Of a stretch of DNA of 64,000 nt, positions 39,341 through 49,194 are shown one piece after another. A program made the translations under genes and the position numbers. The DNA is from an uncultured cyanobacterium (GTDB taxonomy: Bacteria > Cyanobacteriota > Cyanobacteriia > PCC-9006 > JAAUQQ01). The stretch spans positions 2,048,001-2,112,000 of the forward strand of contig OY970368.1 of the NCBI GenBank assembly GCA_963718615.1, in the 5' to 3' direction. The notes under the pieces were generated by a model, which was not told the DNA's origin, did not search any database, and saw only the letters and a list, made by a program, of their open reading frames with translations. How positions within the stretch are numbered: position 1 is the first letter of the stretch; each line of letters opens with the position of its first letter.

Positions 39341-41380
39341 ATGCGTATCCTCATGATTCAGCCCAACTACCATTCTGGGGGAGCCGAAATTGCCGGAAAT
39401 TGGCCTCCTAGCTGGGTTCCTTACGTTGGCGGAGCGCTAAAGCAAGCAGGGTTTGACCAGGTTCGCTTTATCGATGCCATGACTAATTACATCGATGACG
39501 TTGCCCTCGCCGCCATGATTGAGCAGCATCAACCGGATGTAGTGCTTGCAACTGCTATCACACCGATGATTTATCAGTCGCAAACAACGCTACAAATTGT
39601 GAAGGCGGTTTGTCCCTCAGCAGTCACGGTCATGGGGGGAATTCATCCCACCTATATGTACCGCGAAGTTCTCCAGGAGGCCCCGTGGATAGACTATATT
39701 ATTCGGGGTGAAGGCGAAGAAATTACGGTCAATTTGATGCGGGCGATCGCGGAAGGGCGCGATCGCCAAGACCGCGAATCCATTTTAGGCTTAGCTTACA
39801 TCGATGAGACTGGTCAGATTGTTGCAACCCCTGCCCATCCCCCCATTCGAGACCTCAATACCCTTTCACCAGATTGGACTTTATTAGATTGGGATAAATA
39901 TATTTATACGCCGTTGAATGTGCGAGTTGCCGTTCCCAATTTTGCGCGCGGTTGTCCCTTTCGCTGTCGATTTTGTTCCCAATGGAAATTTTGGCGTAAA
40001 TATCGAGCTCGCAAGCCCAAACAATTTGTCGATGAAATTGAATATTTAGTGAAAGAGCATCAGGTTGGCTTCTTTATTTTAGCGGATGAAGAACCAACCA
40101 TTAGCAAAGCTCGATTTGTTGCCCTGTGTGAGGAGTTAATCGACCGTAATCTGGGTGTCCATTGGGGGATTAATACCCGTGTAACCGATATCCTGCGTGA
40201 TGAAGCCGAATTACCTCTCTATCGCAAGGCCGGTTTAGTTCATGTCTCTCTGGGGACAGAAGCGGCTGCCCAGCTTAATCTCAATGTCTTTCGCAAGGAA
40301 ACAACCATCGCAGACAATAAACGGGCCGTTAAGCTCCTGCGAGACCATGGTATTGTTGCCGAGGTTCAGTTCATTATGGGACTTCCCAGCGAACTTCCTG
40401 AAACCATCGAAGAAACCTATCGGATGGCGCGGGATTGGGGCGCAGATATGACCAATTGGAATATGTACACTCCTTGGCCCTTTGCCGAGCTGTTTCAAGA
40501 TCTGGAAGATAAGGTTGAAGTTCGCGATTATTCCCACTATAACTTTGTAACGCCCATTATTAAGCCGGATCACATGACCCGCGAAGCCGTGCTCGAAGGG
40601 GTTTTGCGAAACTATGCCCGTTTTTATGGGTGGAAGTTTTTGGAATATTGGTTTACCCGCGATGGCTTCAAGCGACGCTATCTCTTGGGCTGCTTATGGG
40701 CCTTTGTCACGACCACCCTGAACAAACGCTTTTATAATTTGAAGCGCATTAAGCGTAAAGGTGTTCATGCTGAAATCGAATTTGGCTTTGATGAATCTCG
40801 CATTCTTTCTGAGGAGGCGATGGCCCGTTTGAAGGCAGCTAAACTCGCTGATGTGGAGTTTCCTGAGGGCAAAAATCCTCAGTTGGTTAATGGCATTTCT
40901 AGTGGTGCTTCTGAGGGAATTCCCGGCAGTATTGCAGCCTGTGGAGCACCGCCAGATGTGTCAGAGTCTTCAATTCTAGATCCTGTTGAATCGGAACTTC
41001 AACTGATCATTGTCCATGGGGATGAAACAAGTCGAATCGCCCTACGGAAGGGATTGCGATCGCAGCCCGGCCTAGAAGTCGCTAGCGAAGCAACCAACGG
41101 CGAAACAGGGCTGATTTTGCTTGACTCTATCATTGTGGATGTCGCAATCGTAACAGCCCAATTGCCGGATATGTCATTAAGTACCTTTTGGCAACGCGCA
41201 CAAGCACAAGCAGGATCTTGTCATCCCTTCAAGCTGTTAGTGCTCACGGAGGCAGCGACACCACTAGAAGTACTAGAAGAGGCCGGTATGGCCCACTGCC
41301 CAGCAGACTGGCCCCCGGAAAAAATTGCTGAGATCATCCAATCTCTACAAACACAAGCCAAAGAACTCATTACAACCTAA
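39341..41380 (+). CDS. bchE: O2-independent Mg-protoporphyrin IX monomethyl ester cyclase (B12 radical SAM) with C-terminal receiver-like domain
   Basis: MRILMIQPNYHSGGAEIAGNWPP, B12-binding region, RGCPFRCRFCSQWKFW, ILADEEPT, VSLGTEAAAQ, YTPWPF; REC-like fold from about 40997. Confidence 0.9.
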   Translation: MRILMIQPNYHSGGAEIAGNWPPSWVPYVGGALKQAGFDQVRFIDAMTNYIDDVALAAMIEQHQPDVVLATAITPMIYQSQTTLQIVKAVCPSAVTVMGGIHPTYMYREVLQEAPWIDYIIRGEGEEITVNLMRAIAEGRDRQDRESILGLAYIDETGQIVATPAHPPIRDLNTLSPDWTLLDWDKYIYTPLNVRVAVPNFARGCPFRCRFCSQWKFWRKYRARKPKQFVDEIEYLVKEHQVGFFILADEEPTISKARFVALCEELIDRNLGVHWGINTRVTDILRDEAELPLYRKAGLVHVSLGTEAAAQLNLNVFRKETTIADNKRAVKLLRDHGIVAEVQFIMGLPSELPETIEETYRMARDWGADMTNWNMYTPWPFAELFQDLEDKVEVRDYSHYNFVTPIIKPDHMTREAVLEGVLRNYARFYGWKFLEYWFTRDGFKRRYLLGCLWAFVTTTLNKRFYNLKRIKRKGVHAEIEFGFDESRILSEEAMARLKAAKLADVEFPEGKNPQLVNGISSGASEGIPGSIAACGAPPDVSESSILDPVESELQLIIVHGDETSRIALRKGLRSQPGLEVASEATNGETGLILLDSIIVDVAIVTAQLPDMSLSTFWQRAQAQAGSCHPFKLLVLTEAATPLEVLEEAGMAHCPADWPPEKIAEIIQSLQTQAKELITT

Positions 41381-41394
41381 ATCCTTAAACACCC

Positions 41395-41428
41395 CAAAAG
41401 GCTCACAGTGTAACGCTTGAGCCTTTTG
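41395..41428. terminator. Rho-independent hairpin after bchE
   Basis: CAAAAGGCTCA...TGAGCCTTTTG. Confidence 0.75.
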
Positions 41429-41429
41429 C

Positions 41430-41460
41430 TTGACTTTCTCATTAGATCACTTTACAGTTA
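41430..41460 (+). promoter_or_regulatory. Sigma70-type promoter of psbA (D1') overlapped by an operator-like motif
   Basis: TTGACT-N17-TACAGT; TCACTT-TA-CAGTTA at 41447-41460. Confidence 0.6.
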
Positions 41461-41575
41461 TATGGTGACACAAGCCCAGTAAGCAAAAAGTTGTCACAAC
41501 CCGTGTTGAGCTATTTTGTCTTTGGCTATTTTGTCATCGTCTCATCATTCATTTTTTCTTAGGACGTTCGAATTT

Positions 41576-42682
41576 ATGACCACAACGTTCAATCAATCTC
41601 CCAGCATCAATGCCTGGGATCGCTTTTGTGATTGGATTACAAGCACAAGCAATCGTCTATATATCGGCTGGTTTGGTGTGCTTTTGATTCCCACTGCTTT
41701 AGTCTCCGCTATTGTTTTCATTCTCGCAATTGTTGCGGCTCCCCCAGTCGATATTGACGGGATTCGTGAGCCAGTTACGGGCTCATTGCTCTATGGCAAT
41801 AATCTGATGACTGCAACAGTTGTTCCGTCATCTAATGCAATTGGTTTGCACTTGTATCCTATTTGGGAAGCTGCCAGCCTAGATGAATGGCTTTACAACG
41901 GTGGCCCTTACCAGATGATTATTTTCCACTTTCTCGTCGCCATCTATGCCTACATGGGGCGTCAGTGGGAACTGAGTTATCGTCTGGGTATGCGGCCTTG
42001 GATTGCGGTTGCTTATTCTGCTCCCGTGGCTGCCGCAACCTCTGTGCTCCTGATCTATCCGATTGGCCAAGGCAGCTTTTCCGATGGCCTCATGCTTGGT
42101 GTTTCTGGCACGTTCAATTTCATGATCGTGTTTACAGCTGAGCATAACTTGCTGATGCATCCTTTCCATATGTTGGGTGTTATCGGGGTATTTGGCGGAG
42201 CTCTGTTCTCGGCTATGCATGGTTCTTTGGTAACAAGTTCTTTGGTTCGTGAAACCAGCGAAGTCGAATCTCTCAACCAGGGTTATAAGTTCGGTCAAGA
42301 AGAAGAAACCTACAATATTGTTGCGGCTCACGGCTACTTTGGTCGCCTGATCTTCCAATATGCCTCGTTCAACAACAGTCGGTCTCTGCATTTTTTCCTA
42401 GCAGCTTGGCCCGTGGTGGGGATTTGGTTTGCTGCCCTAGGCATCAGCACCATGGGCTTTAATTTGAACGGATTTAACTTCAATCAGTCGGTTCTCGATA
42501 GCCAAGGTCGTGTGATTAATACCTGGGCCGATGTCTTGAACCGGGCCAATCTAGGCATTGAGGTGATTCACGAACGGAATGCTCACAATTTCCCGCTCGA
42601 CCTTGCCTCTGGCACAGCACAACCTGTTGCCATCAGTGCTCTGAGCGGTTCTCCGGCCATTGCTCCAACTCTTGCTGGATAA
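41576..42682 (+). CDS. psbA: Photosystem II D1', low-oxygen (group 3) form
   Basis: Mn-cluster residues D170, E189, H332, E333, H337, D342 and A344 all intact; D1' signature G80A, F158L, T286A, plus P173M; ATG at 41576. Confidence 0.92.
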   Translation: MTTTFNQSPSINAWDRFCDWITSTSNRLYIGWFGVLLIPTALVSAIVFILAIVAAPPVDIDGIREPVTGSLLYGNNLMTATVVPSSNAIGLHLYPIWEAASLDEWLYNGGPYQMIIFHFLVAIYAYMGRQWELSYRLGMRPWIAVAYSAPVAAATSVLLIYPIGQGSFSDGLMLGVSGTFNFMIVFTAEHNLLMHPFHMLGVIGVFGGALFSAMHGSLVTSSLVRETSEVESLNQGYKFGQEEETYNIVAAHGYFGRLIFQYASFNNSRSLHFFLAAWPVVGIWFAALGISTMGFNLNGFNFNQSVLDSQGRVINTWADVLNRANLGIEVIHERNAHNFPLDLASGTAQPVAISALSGSPAIAPTLAG

Positions 42683-42725
42683 TTGTCATCCCTAGGAGTA
42701 TCTCCAGGACAGGTGTCGTCTAAGG

Positions 42726-42773
42726 CATTGGCAGGAAGAAACGGGCCGTGTTCAATCGTTCTTCTTGCCAATG
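42726..42773 (+). terminator. Long hairpin after psbA
   Basis: CATTGGCAGGAAGAA...TTCTTCTTGCCAATG. Confidence 0.55.
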
Positions 42774-42879
42774 TTTCTTAAGGTTTTTTATGGATTGGAC
42801 CATCAGGATTAGAATTGATCTTTCATTATTGATTTGAGTATAAGACAACTTAAAATAGTCACCCTAGAGGAATTTCCCA

Positions 42880-43242
42880 ATGAGCCTAAAATCTATTACT
42901 CGTCCTTTGAATACAACTGAAATTACCATCATGAGTAACGTCAGTACTGTTCAAGCCAAAGGAAGTAGGATCACGAGAATTGAGGCCAGTCAACAAACCC
43001 TTGATTCGTCCAATCAGGCAGCTATTCATTTAACATTTGATGTCGATCAGCCAGAAGAAGCTTCTCTTCCAAACCTTCTACAGTCCACTCAATCGCTCGG
43101 TTTGATTTTAAATTTAGAAGATGCCTTTGAGTTAGGATTACTTCTAGTAGCGATGGGATTAGTCGATCAAAACGATATAGAAGCGAGTCAAAGTTTAGAC
43201 CGCCTTGCTGGACTGATGAATGATTTGCAGAACAAAGGTTAA
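42880..43242 (+). CDS. Hypothetical protein
   Basis: 120-aa ORF with GAGG RBS; no recognised motif. Confidence 0.6.
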   Translation: MSLKSITRPLNTTEITIMSNVSTVQAKGSRITRIEASQQTLDSSNQAAIHLTFDVDQPEEASLPNLLQSTQSLGLILNLEDAFELGLLLVAMGLVDQNDIEASQSLDRLAGLMNDLQNKG

Positions 43243-43422
43243 GAATAACTGAATAATAAGTGGATTAGAGCGATTCAAGTTATTGGGCGGGCGATCGCAC
43301 CCATACAAGCAACCGCCCTTCTTACCATCCTCGCACCAAGCTTTCCATACCATCATTCCCGCCGGATCAGCCCGAAAACTCTTTTTTCGGGCTTTCCTAA
43401 CCTTTGTGGAACTAATACGCAA

Positions 43423-43794
43423 CTAGCTTTCCTTGCTTTGTAATGAGGGAATCCGCTCCACCATATATTGTCCTAAAAAGGTACTCACAATCGATAGGAT
43501 AATCGGCCCTAGGAAGAAAGACAGAGGACCCTGGACCGAAAAACCAGGGACAAAGACTGCAGCGAGCCAAAAACAAAAGCCATTCACAACGAGCGAAAAT
43601 AGACCAAAGCTTAGAAGGGTAAGGGGTAAAGACAATAATCGCAGAAGCGGACGGATGCTGCCGTTAACGACCCCGATGGCGATCGCCCCCACCAAAGCAG
43701 CTGCAAAGGTCGATAGATTGACACCCGGTAGCAGAATATCCACAACCAGCAAACTTAAGGCTGTAACCAGGCTCGTGAGCAAGATTCCTAACAT
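43423..43794 (-). CDS. 4-TM 'phage holin family' (YvlD-like) membrane protein
   Basis: LPGV....F.AAL.GA..IG.VN..IRP.L..LSLPL..L.FGLF.LVVN. Confidence 0.85.
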   Translation of the reverse strand: MLGILLTSLVTALSLLVVDILLPGVNLSTFAAALVGAIAIGVVNGSIRPLLRLLSLPLTLLSFGLFSLVVNGFCFWLAAVFVPGFSVQGPLSFFLGPIILSIVSTFLGQYMVERIPSLQSKES

Positions 43795-44115
43795 AATTCA
43801 AGTATCCTCTATTAACGCGATTGATGAAGCGATATTAAGCATCAGACCTTCACCACGAATGGCTCTAGAATCGCGGTCTTCAGACTTGTGAAACATCTGT
43901 ACAAAGATAGAGCTTTGCACGAAATATCTAGGTCTGGTTTAGGTCTGGCTTAGATGAGAGATACGAATCGGAGAAAACAAGCCTTCGTACAGGACTATTT
44001 CATCCCTCTACCCTTGTTTATAGATTTCTACAATTAGACTTAAGGCAGAAGCGGCCTTCGAAGCATCTGCACATAATAAAAGACAACAACGATTTTAGAT
44101 AACCTAGAGGCTCTT

Positions 44116-44307
44116 TTGATGAATTCTAAGCTGTTTCACTATATCCTCGGGATCTTCCTACCACCTGTGGGGATCTTTTTAACCTATGGCGTCAGTAGTA
44201 CATTGTTAATTAACATCGTCTTAACAGTGATTGGCTACGTACCAGGCGTGATTCATGCCGTATGGGCGATCGGTAAGCATTACGAAAAGATCAACGAAGT
44301 TTACTAG
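44116..44307 (+). CDS. YqaE/Pmp3 family small membrane protein
   Basis: IFLPPVGIFL..G......INIVLTVIGYVPGVIHAVW. Confidence 0.9.
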   Translation: MMNSKLFHYILGIFLPPVGIFLTYGVSSTLLINIVLTVIGYVPGVIHAVWAIGKHYEKINEVY

Positions 44308-44351
44308 AGCTAGCTTGTAAATCCCTACGAACTTGTAAGACTGGTATAAAA

Positions 44352-45074
44352 TTACCTTGTACAAAGAGAATCATTAGCACTACTCCCATAGGCTCGATAG
44401 ATATTCTCACGGGTCATGACTTGCTCCGGCTGGCCGTCAGCCAAAAGATGACGTCTGAGTAAGAGCAAACGATCGTAGCGCTTGAGTGTATCGCCCCAAT
44501 CATGGTTGCAGACCAAGACTGTTTTGCCTTGGTGTTTGAGGCCATTCAACAACTGAAGGAAAAGTTGTTGAGTTTTCGGATCAATCCCTGCAAAAGGCTC
44601 GTCGAGCAGTAGCAAGTCAGCCTTTTGAGCCAGGGCACGGGCGAGGAATACCCGCTGCTGTTGCCCCCCCGAAAGCTGATTGATGGGGCGATCGCGCAAC
44701 GCCACCAAGTCCACCTGAGCTAAAGCCTCTAATGCCGCCTGCCGTTGCTGACCGGTTGGCCCCAGCAGCCAGCCTTGACCGGCGGCAAAGGCCATCATTA
44801 CGACATTCCAAGCTGTGATGGGATAGTCCCAATCAATTTGCGATCGCTGCGGGACATAAGCCACTCGTTGCCGCTGCCGCTGGAGCGGCTGTCCTTCAAA
44901 TAGAACCACACCTTGACTGGGCAAAAGCCCCAAAATAGCCTGAATTAGCGTGCTTTTTCCTGCCCCATTAGGACCAATCAGCCCCACCAACTCCCCTGGC
45001 TGCAGCCGAAGAGAGATATCTTCTAGGGCCAAGATGCCCCGATAGTTGACAGAGAGATGCTGAACTTCTAGCAT
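44352..45074 (-). CDS. Zn/Mn ABC transporter ATP-binding protein (ZnuC/MntA-like)
   Basis: GPNGAGKST, YVPQRSQIDWDYP, LSGGQQQR, LLDEP; ATG at 45074. Confidence 0.9.
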   Translation of the reverse strand: MLEVQHLSVNYRGILALEDISLRLQPGELVGLIGPNGAGKSTLIQAILGLLPSQGVVLFEGQPLQRQRQRVAYVPQRSQIDWDYPITAWNVVMMAFAAGQGWLLGPTGQQRQAALEALAQVDLVALRDRPINQLSGGQQQRVFLARALAQKADLLLLDEPFAGIDPKTQQLFLQLLNGLKHQGKTVLVCNHDWGDTLKRYDRLLLLRRHLLADGQPEQVMTRENIYRAYGSSANDSLCTR

Positions 45075-45081
45075 GAGCGAA

Positions 45082-45096
45082 CGATAATCATTCTCA
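45082..45096. promoter_or_regulatory. Zur/Fur-type box between the divergent metal-ABC genes
   Basis: CGATAAT-C-ATTCTCA (reverse complement TGAGAATGATTATCG). Confidence 0.65.
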
Positions 45097-45151
45097 ATTT
45101 GGTTATCATAGCAAAAAGTCGGGCCAAATGATCGGGGCAATGGGGAGCAAT

Positions 45152-46237
45152 ATGTTTCAGCTACAGGGCAAATGGGGTTGGGTTTGGGGACTCGTCTTAG
45201 TGGGGGGGATCAGTGGCTGTAGCCAGTCTGAGGGTTTATCCAGTCAAAACTCCAGTAGCCCAGGGGAAGAGAATGTCAACAAGCCGGAGGTTGTTGCAGC
45301 AACCCAGGTCCTTTGTGATTTAACTCGTCAAATTGCCCAGGAGACCCTACAGCTTACTTGTCTGATGCAGCCTGGCCAAGATCCCCACACCTATGAGATG
45401 ACCCCTAGCGATCGCCGAGCCATTGAAACGGCTGATTTGGTTCTGTACAGTGGGTTCTCTTTTCCTCTAGGCATGGTTCAAACCATCGAATCTGTAAAGT
45501 CAGACCAGGAGCGTTTGGCGGTTTATGAAGTGGCGGTGCCACAGCCTCGGCTGATTAAAGAGCATGATCATGGGCATGAGCATGAGCACGAGGATGTTCA
45601 TGAAGATAGGCCTGTTAACGCTGCAAATCCTAAAAATAGCGAGACATCTCAGAACCAAGATCTGGTCGCAGATCCCCATGTTTGGCACTATGCTCCTCAC
45701 AACGCGGCAATGGTAGAGGTGATTCGCGATCGCCTTCAACAACTTGCCCCAGAGCACAAGATGCAGTACCAACGGACCGCCAGTAGCTTAATAGAATCGT
45801 TTCAGTCTATAGACACCTGGATCAAAGCACAGATTTCAACGATCCCCGCCACTTCGCGCAAACTGATCACCACCCATGAAGCATTGGGCTATTTTGCAGA
45901 AGGCTATGGTCTGACCCTAGCAGGCGCTCTTGAAGGGCTATCCACAGAAGAACGACCCTCCGCTGCTCGGATTGCAGCCCTAGCTCAGCAAGTAAAATCT
46001 ACCGGGGTGCCAGCGATCTTCGCCGAATCCAGCGTCAGCCGTGAGCTTATACAAGCCGTTGCTCAAGAAGCCGGAGTGACTGTCGCAACTTCCCCTCTCT
46101 TTGTTGACGGTCCGGGTGAACCGGGCAGTGGAGCAGAAACCGTGAGCACGCTACTCATTCATAACACCTGCACGATTGTGAATGCTTTAGGAGGGCAATG
46201 CACACCGCTGAGTTTGCCTGCTCAGCCTCCATCCTGA
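45152..46237 (+). CDS. Zn/Mn ABC transporter substrate-binding lipoprotein (ZnuA-like)
   Basis: Lipobox ISGC, DPHTYE, His-rich loop HDHGHEHEH, DPHVWH, TTHEAL. Confidence 0.88.
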   Translation: MFQLQGKWGWVWGLVLVGGISGCSQSEGLSSQNSSSPGEENVNKPEVVAATQVLCDLTRQIAQETLQLTCLMQPGQDPHTYEMTPSDRRAIETADLVLYSGFSFPLGMVQTIESVKSDQERLAVYEVAVPQPRLIKEHDHGHEHEHEDVHEDRPVNAANPKNSETSQNQDLVADPHVWHYAPHNAAMVEVIRDRLQQLAPEHKMQYQRTASSLIESFQSIDTWIKAQISTIPATSRKLITTHEALGYFAEGYGLTLAGALEGLSTEERPSAARIAALAQQVKSTGVPAIFAESSVSRELIQAVAQEAGVTVATSPLFVDGPGEPGSGAETVSTLLIHNTCTIVNALGGQCTPLSLPAQPPS

Positions 46238-46393
46238 GCCAAAAGATTGAGAAATTTAGACCTACCGAATTAATTTTCTCTGTCAAGCTTCTGTCAAGCT
46301 GATGTCATGCAACAAGGTTAAATAAATCTAAAATTTCCTGCCGTTGTTAGATTAAAGACTTTCCGCCAACATTGAATTTGTTTAGCCTATAAG

Positions 46394-46436
46394 CTAGAGC
46401 CACAAAACCTAGAGCCACAGAACCTAGAGCCACAAA
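46394..46436. repeat. 15-bp tandem repeat x3 upstream of xfp
   Basis: CTAGAGCCACARAAC units. Confidence 0.8.
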
Positions 46437-46544
46437 GCCCAAAAAGTTTTGTAGCAATTGAATGGCCCTCTGCCCAGAAGATGCAAACGGTTTAGCCACC
46501 GAATCTTGCTTGGCTAGTGCTCAATCAGCTTGGAGGAAACTTGT

Positions 46545-48959
46545 ATGACTGCTTCATCTACACCCACCTGGATTACAACCCAAAATCAGGTTTTGTCGGC
46601 TGAAGAACTGGCCCGAATGGATGCTTATTGGCGAGCCTGCAATTATCTGGCCGTTGGCATGATTTATTTACGGGACAATCCCCTCCTCAAGGAACCCCTT
46701 AAGGCTGAACAGGTCAAATACCGCCTCCTGGGCCATTGGGGCGCTTCTCCAGCCCTCAGTTTCACCTACATCCACTGTAATCGCCTGATCCTCAAATACG
46801 ACTTGGACATGATCTTTGTCGCGGGTCCCGGTCATGGCGCGCCGGGAGTTCTGGGTCCGGTCTATCTGGAAGGCACCTATTCAGAAATCTATCCCGATAA
46901 GAGCCAAGACGAAGAGGGGATGCGACGGTTTTTTAAGCAATTTTCTTTTCCTGGCTATATCGGTAGCCACGTCACGCCGGAGACCCCCGGTTCAATTCAT
47001 GAAGGGGGAGAATTGGGTTACAGCGTTTCCCATGCCTACGGGGCGATTTTGGACAATCCCGATTTGATTGTGACCTGTGTCGTGGGAGATGGAGAGGCTG
47101 AAACGGGACCCCTAGCCACGGCCTGGCACTCCAATAAATTTATTAATCCGGCACGGGATGGAGCGGTGTTGCCGATTCTGAATCTCAACGGCTATAAGAT
47201 TGCCAATCCCACAATTTTAGCCCGCATTTCCCACGAAGAACTGGAATGTTTGTTTAAGGGCTATGGTTACACGCCCTACTTCGTCGAAGGCAAAGATCCC
47301 CTAGAGATGCACCAATGTATGGCCCAAGTCATGGAGGAATGCATTCTCAAAATCAAGGAAATTCAACGAGATGCTCGGGTTCACGACAAAGTGGAGCGCC
47401 CCCGCTGGCCGATGATTGTCCTGCGCACCCCCAAGGGATGGACCGGCCCCGCCGAGGTTGATGGTCATAAGGTGGAGGATTTTTGGCGATCGCACCAAGT
47501 CCCCATCGGCGGAATCCACAGCAACCCCGAGCACTTGCGCAGACTAGAAGCCTGGATGCAAAGCTACAAACCCGAGGAACTGTTTGACGAAAAGGGTTCG
47601 TTAATCCCAGAACTTCAAGCCCTAGCGCCAACCGGTACGCGTCGTATGGGGTCTAATCCCCACGCCAATGGAGGTCTGCTGCGCAAGGCGCTCAAACTGC
47701 CAAATTTCCGTGATTATGCGGTTTCAATGGAAGGCCATGGTCAGGCGGAGTTTGAAAACACGCGGGTCTTAGGGATGTTTATGCGCGATGTCATGCGGGA
47801 CAATCCCAACAATTTCCGCCTCATGGGACCGGACGAAACGGCTTCCAACCGGCTTCATGATGTCTACGAGGTAACCAAGAAGGCTTGGATGGCAGACTTT
47901 TATCCCGAAGATCTTGATGGTAGTCAACTTTCACGGGATGGCCGGGTGATGGAGATGCTAAGCGAACACACCCTCCAGGGCTGGCTCGAAGCCTATCTCT
48001 TAACCGGGCGTCACGGCCTCTTCCACACCTACGAAGCCTTTGCCCATGTGGTCGATTCAATGTTCAATCAACATGCCAAATGGTTGGATATTTGCCAATC
48101 CCACGTGCCTTGGCGACGATCGGTCTCTTCACTCAATATTTTGCTCTCATCCCTCGTCTGGCGGCAGGACCACAACGGCTTTAGCCATCAGGATCCGGGC
48201 TATGTGGATTTGGTGACCAACAAAAGCCCCAATGTAGTACGCGTCTATTTCCCGCCGGATGCCAACTGCTTGCTCTCCGTGGCCGACCATTGCTTCCGCA
48301 GCACCGACTATATCAATGTGATTGTGTCCGACAAGCAAGAACATTTGCAGTATTTGCCGATGGAAGAGGCGATCGCCCACTGTACTAAGGGAATTGGCAT
48401 CTGGAGTTGGGCCAGCAACGATGACTGCGGCACTGAGCCAGATGAGCCAGATGTGGTCATGGCCTGTTGTGGAGACATCCCAACTATGGAATCCTTGGCA
48501 GCGACAGCGATTTTGCGGCAAGAGTTTCCTGAACTCAAAATTCGCTTTGTCAACGTGGTAGATCTCTTCACCTTAATGTCCCAAGGAGAACACCCCCATG
48601 GTCTCAGCGATTGGGATTTTGACACTCTCTTTACCCCCGACAAGCCCGTCATCTTTAATTTCCATGGGTATCCCTGGTTGATTCACAAGCTAATCTATCG
48701 CCGTTCTAACCAAGAACGTATCCATGTCCGGGGTTATAAGGAAGAGGGCAATATCAATACGCCGCTGGAGCTAGCCATTAAGAACCAAGTTGACCGATTT
48801 AACCTAGTCATTGATGTGATTAATCGAGTGCCGAAACTCGGCTCCGCCGCTGCCCATGCCAAGGAACGGATGAAAAACACAATCATCGAATGCCTAACCT
48901 ATGCCCATGAGCATGGCAAAGACCAAGATGAAATTACCAATTGGAAGTGGCCCTACTAG
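46545..48959 (+). CDS. xfp: Phosphoketolase
   Basis: [29 protein letters not shown] (TPP-binding), [19 protein letters not shown]. Confidence 0.95.
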   Translation: MTASSTPTWITTQNQVLSAEELARMDAYWRACNYLAVGMIYLRDNPLLKEPLKAEQVKYRLLGHWGASPALSFTYIHCNRLILKYDLDMIFVAGPGHGAPGVLGPVYLEGTYSEIYPDKSQDEEGMRRFFKQFSFPGYIGSHVTPETPGSIHEGGELGYSVSHAYGAILDNPDLIVTCVVGDGEAETGPLATAWHSNKFINPARDGAVLPILNLNGYKIANPTILARISHEELECLFKGYGYTPYFVEGKDPLEMHQCMAQVMEECILKIKEIQRDARVHDKVERPRWPMIVLRTPKGWTGPAEVDGHKVEDFWRSHQVPIGGIHSNPEHLRRLEAWMQSYKPEELFDEKGSLIPELQALAPTGTRRMGSNPHANGGLLRKALKLPNFRDYAVSMEGHGQAEFENTRVLGMFMRDVMRDNPNNFRLMGPDETASNRLHDVYEVTKKAWMADFYPEDLDGSQLSRDGRVMEMLSEHTLQGWLEAYLLTGRHGLFHTYEAFAHVVDSMFNQHAKWLDICQSHVPWRRSVSSLNILLSSLVWRQDHNGFSHQDPGYVDLVTNKSPNVVRVYFPPDANCLLSVADHCFRSTDYINVIVSDKQEHLQYLPMEEAIAHCTKGIGIWSWASNDDCGTEPDEPDVVMACCGDIPTMESLAATAILRQEFPELKIRFVNVVDLFTLMSQGEHPHGLSDWDFDTLFTPDKPVIFNFHGYPWLIHKLIYRRSNQERIHVRGYKEEGNINTPLELAIKNQVDRFNLVIDVINRVPKLGSAAAHAKERMKNTIIECLTYAHEHGKDQDEITNWKWPY

Positions 48960-49194
48960 TTGAGATAGACGCTTGGCTTAGTATCGCCAAACATCCTGAT
49001 CTGGCTATGACTTTCTTTGCCTCCCCCCTTCCCTAGTTGACGATTTGGGTGGAGGGCGATCGCACGGGAACGAGTTTAGTTTCCGGCGATCGCCACCCGC
49101 TCTATTCAGGACTGACGAAGTCGTTCAAGCCTCTGTCCCCTAGTCCATTTAACTTGCTTCGCGATCTAGAATAGAGGAATAGAAAATAGCAGAA

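Noticed and set aside
41576-42682. Far-red D1 or standard D1:1/D1:2
   Set aside because: It carries the G80A/F158L/T286A D1' signature and not the far-red-type helix B and LPMG changes as I recall them.
43423-43794. Prophage suggested by a 'phage holin family' gene
   Set aside because: This 4-TM family is a common chromosomal membrane protein, and no phage genes are nearby.
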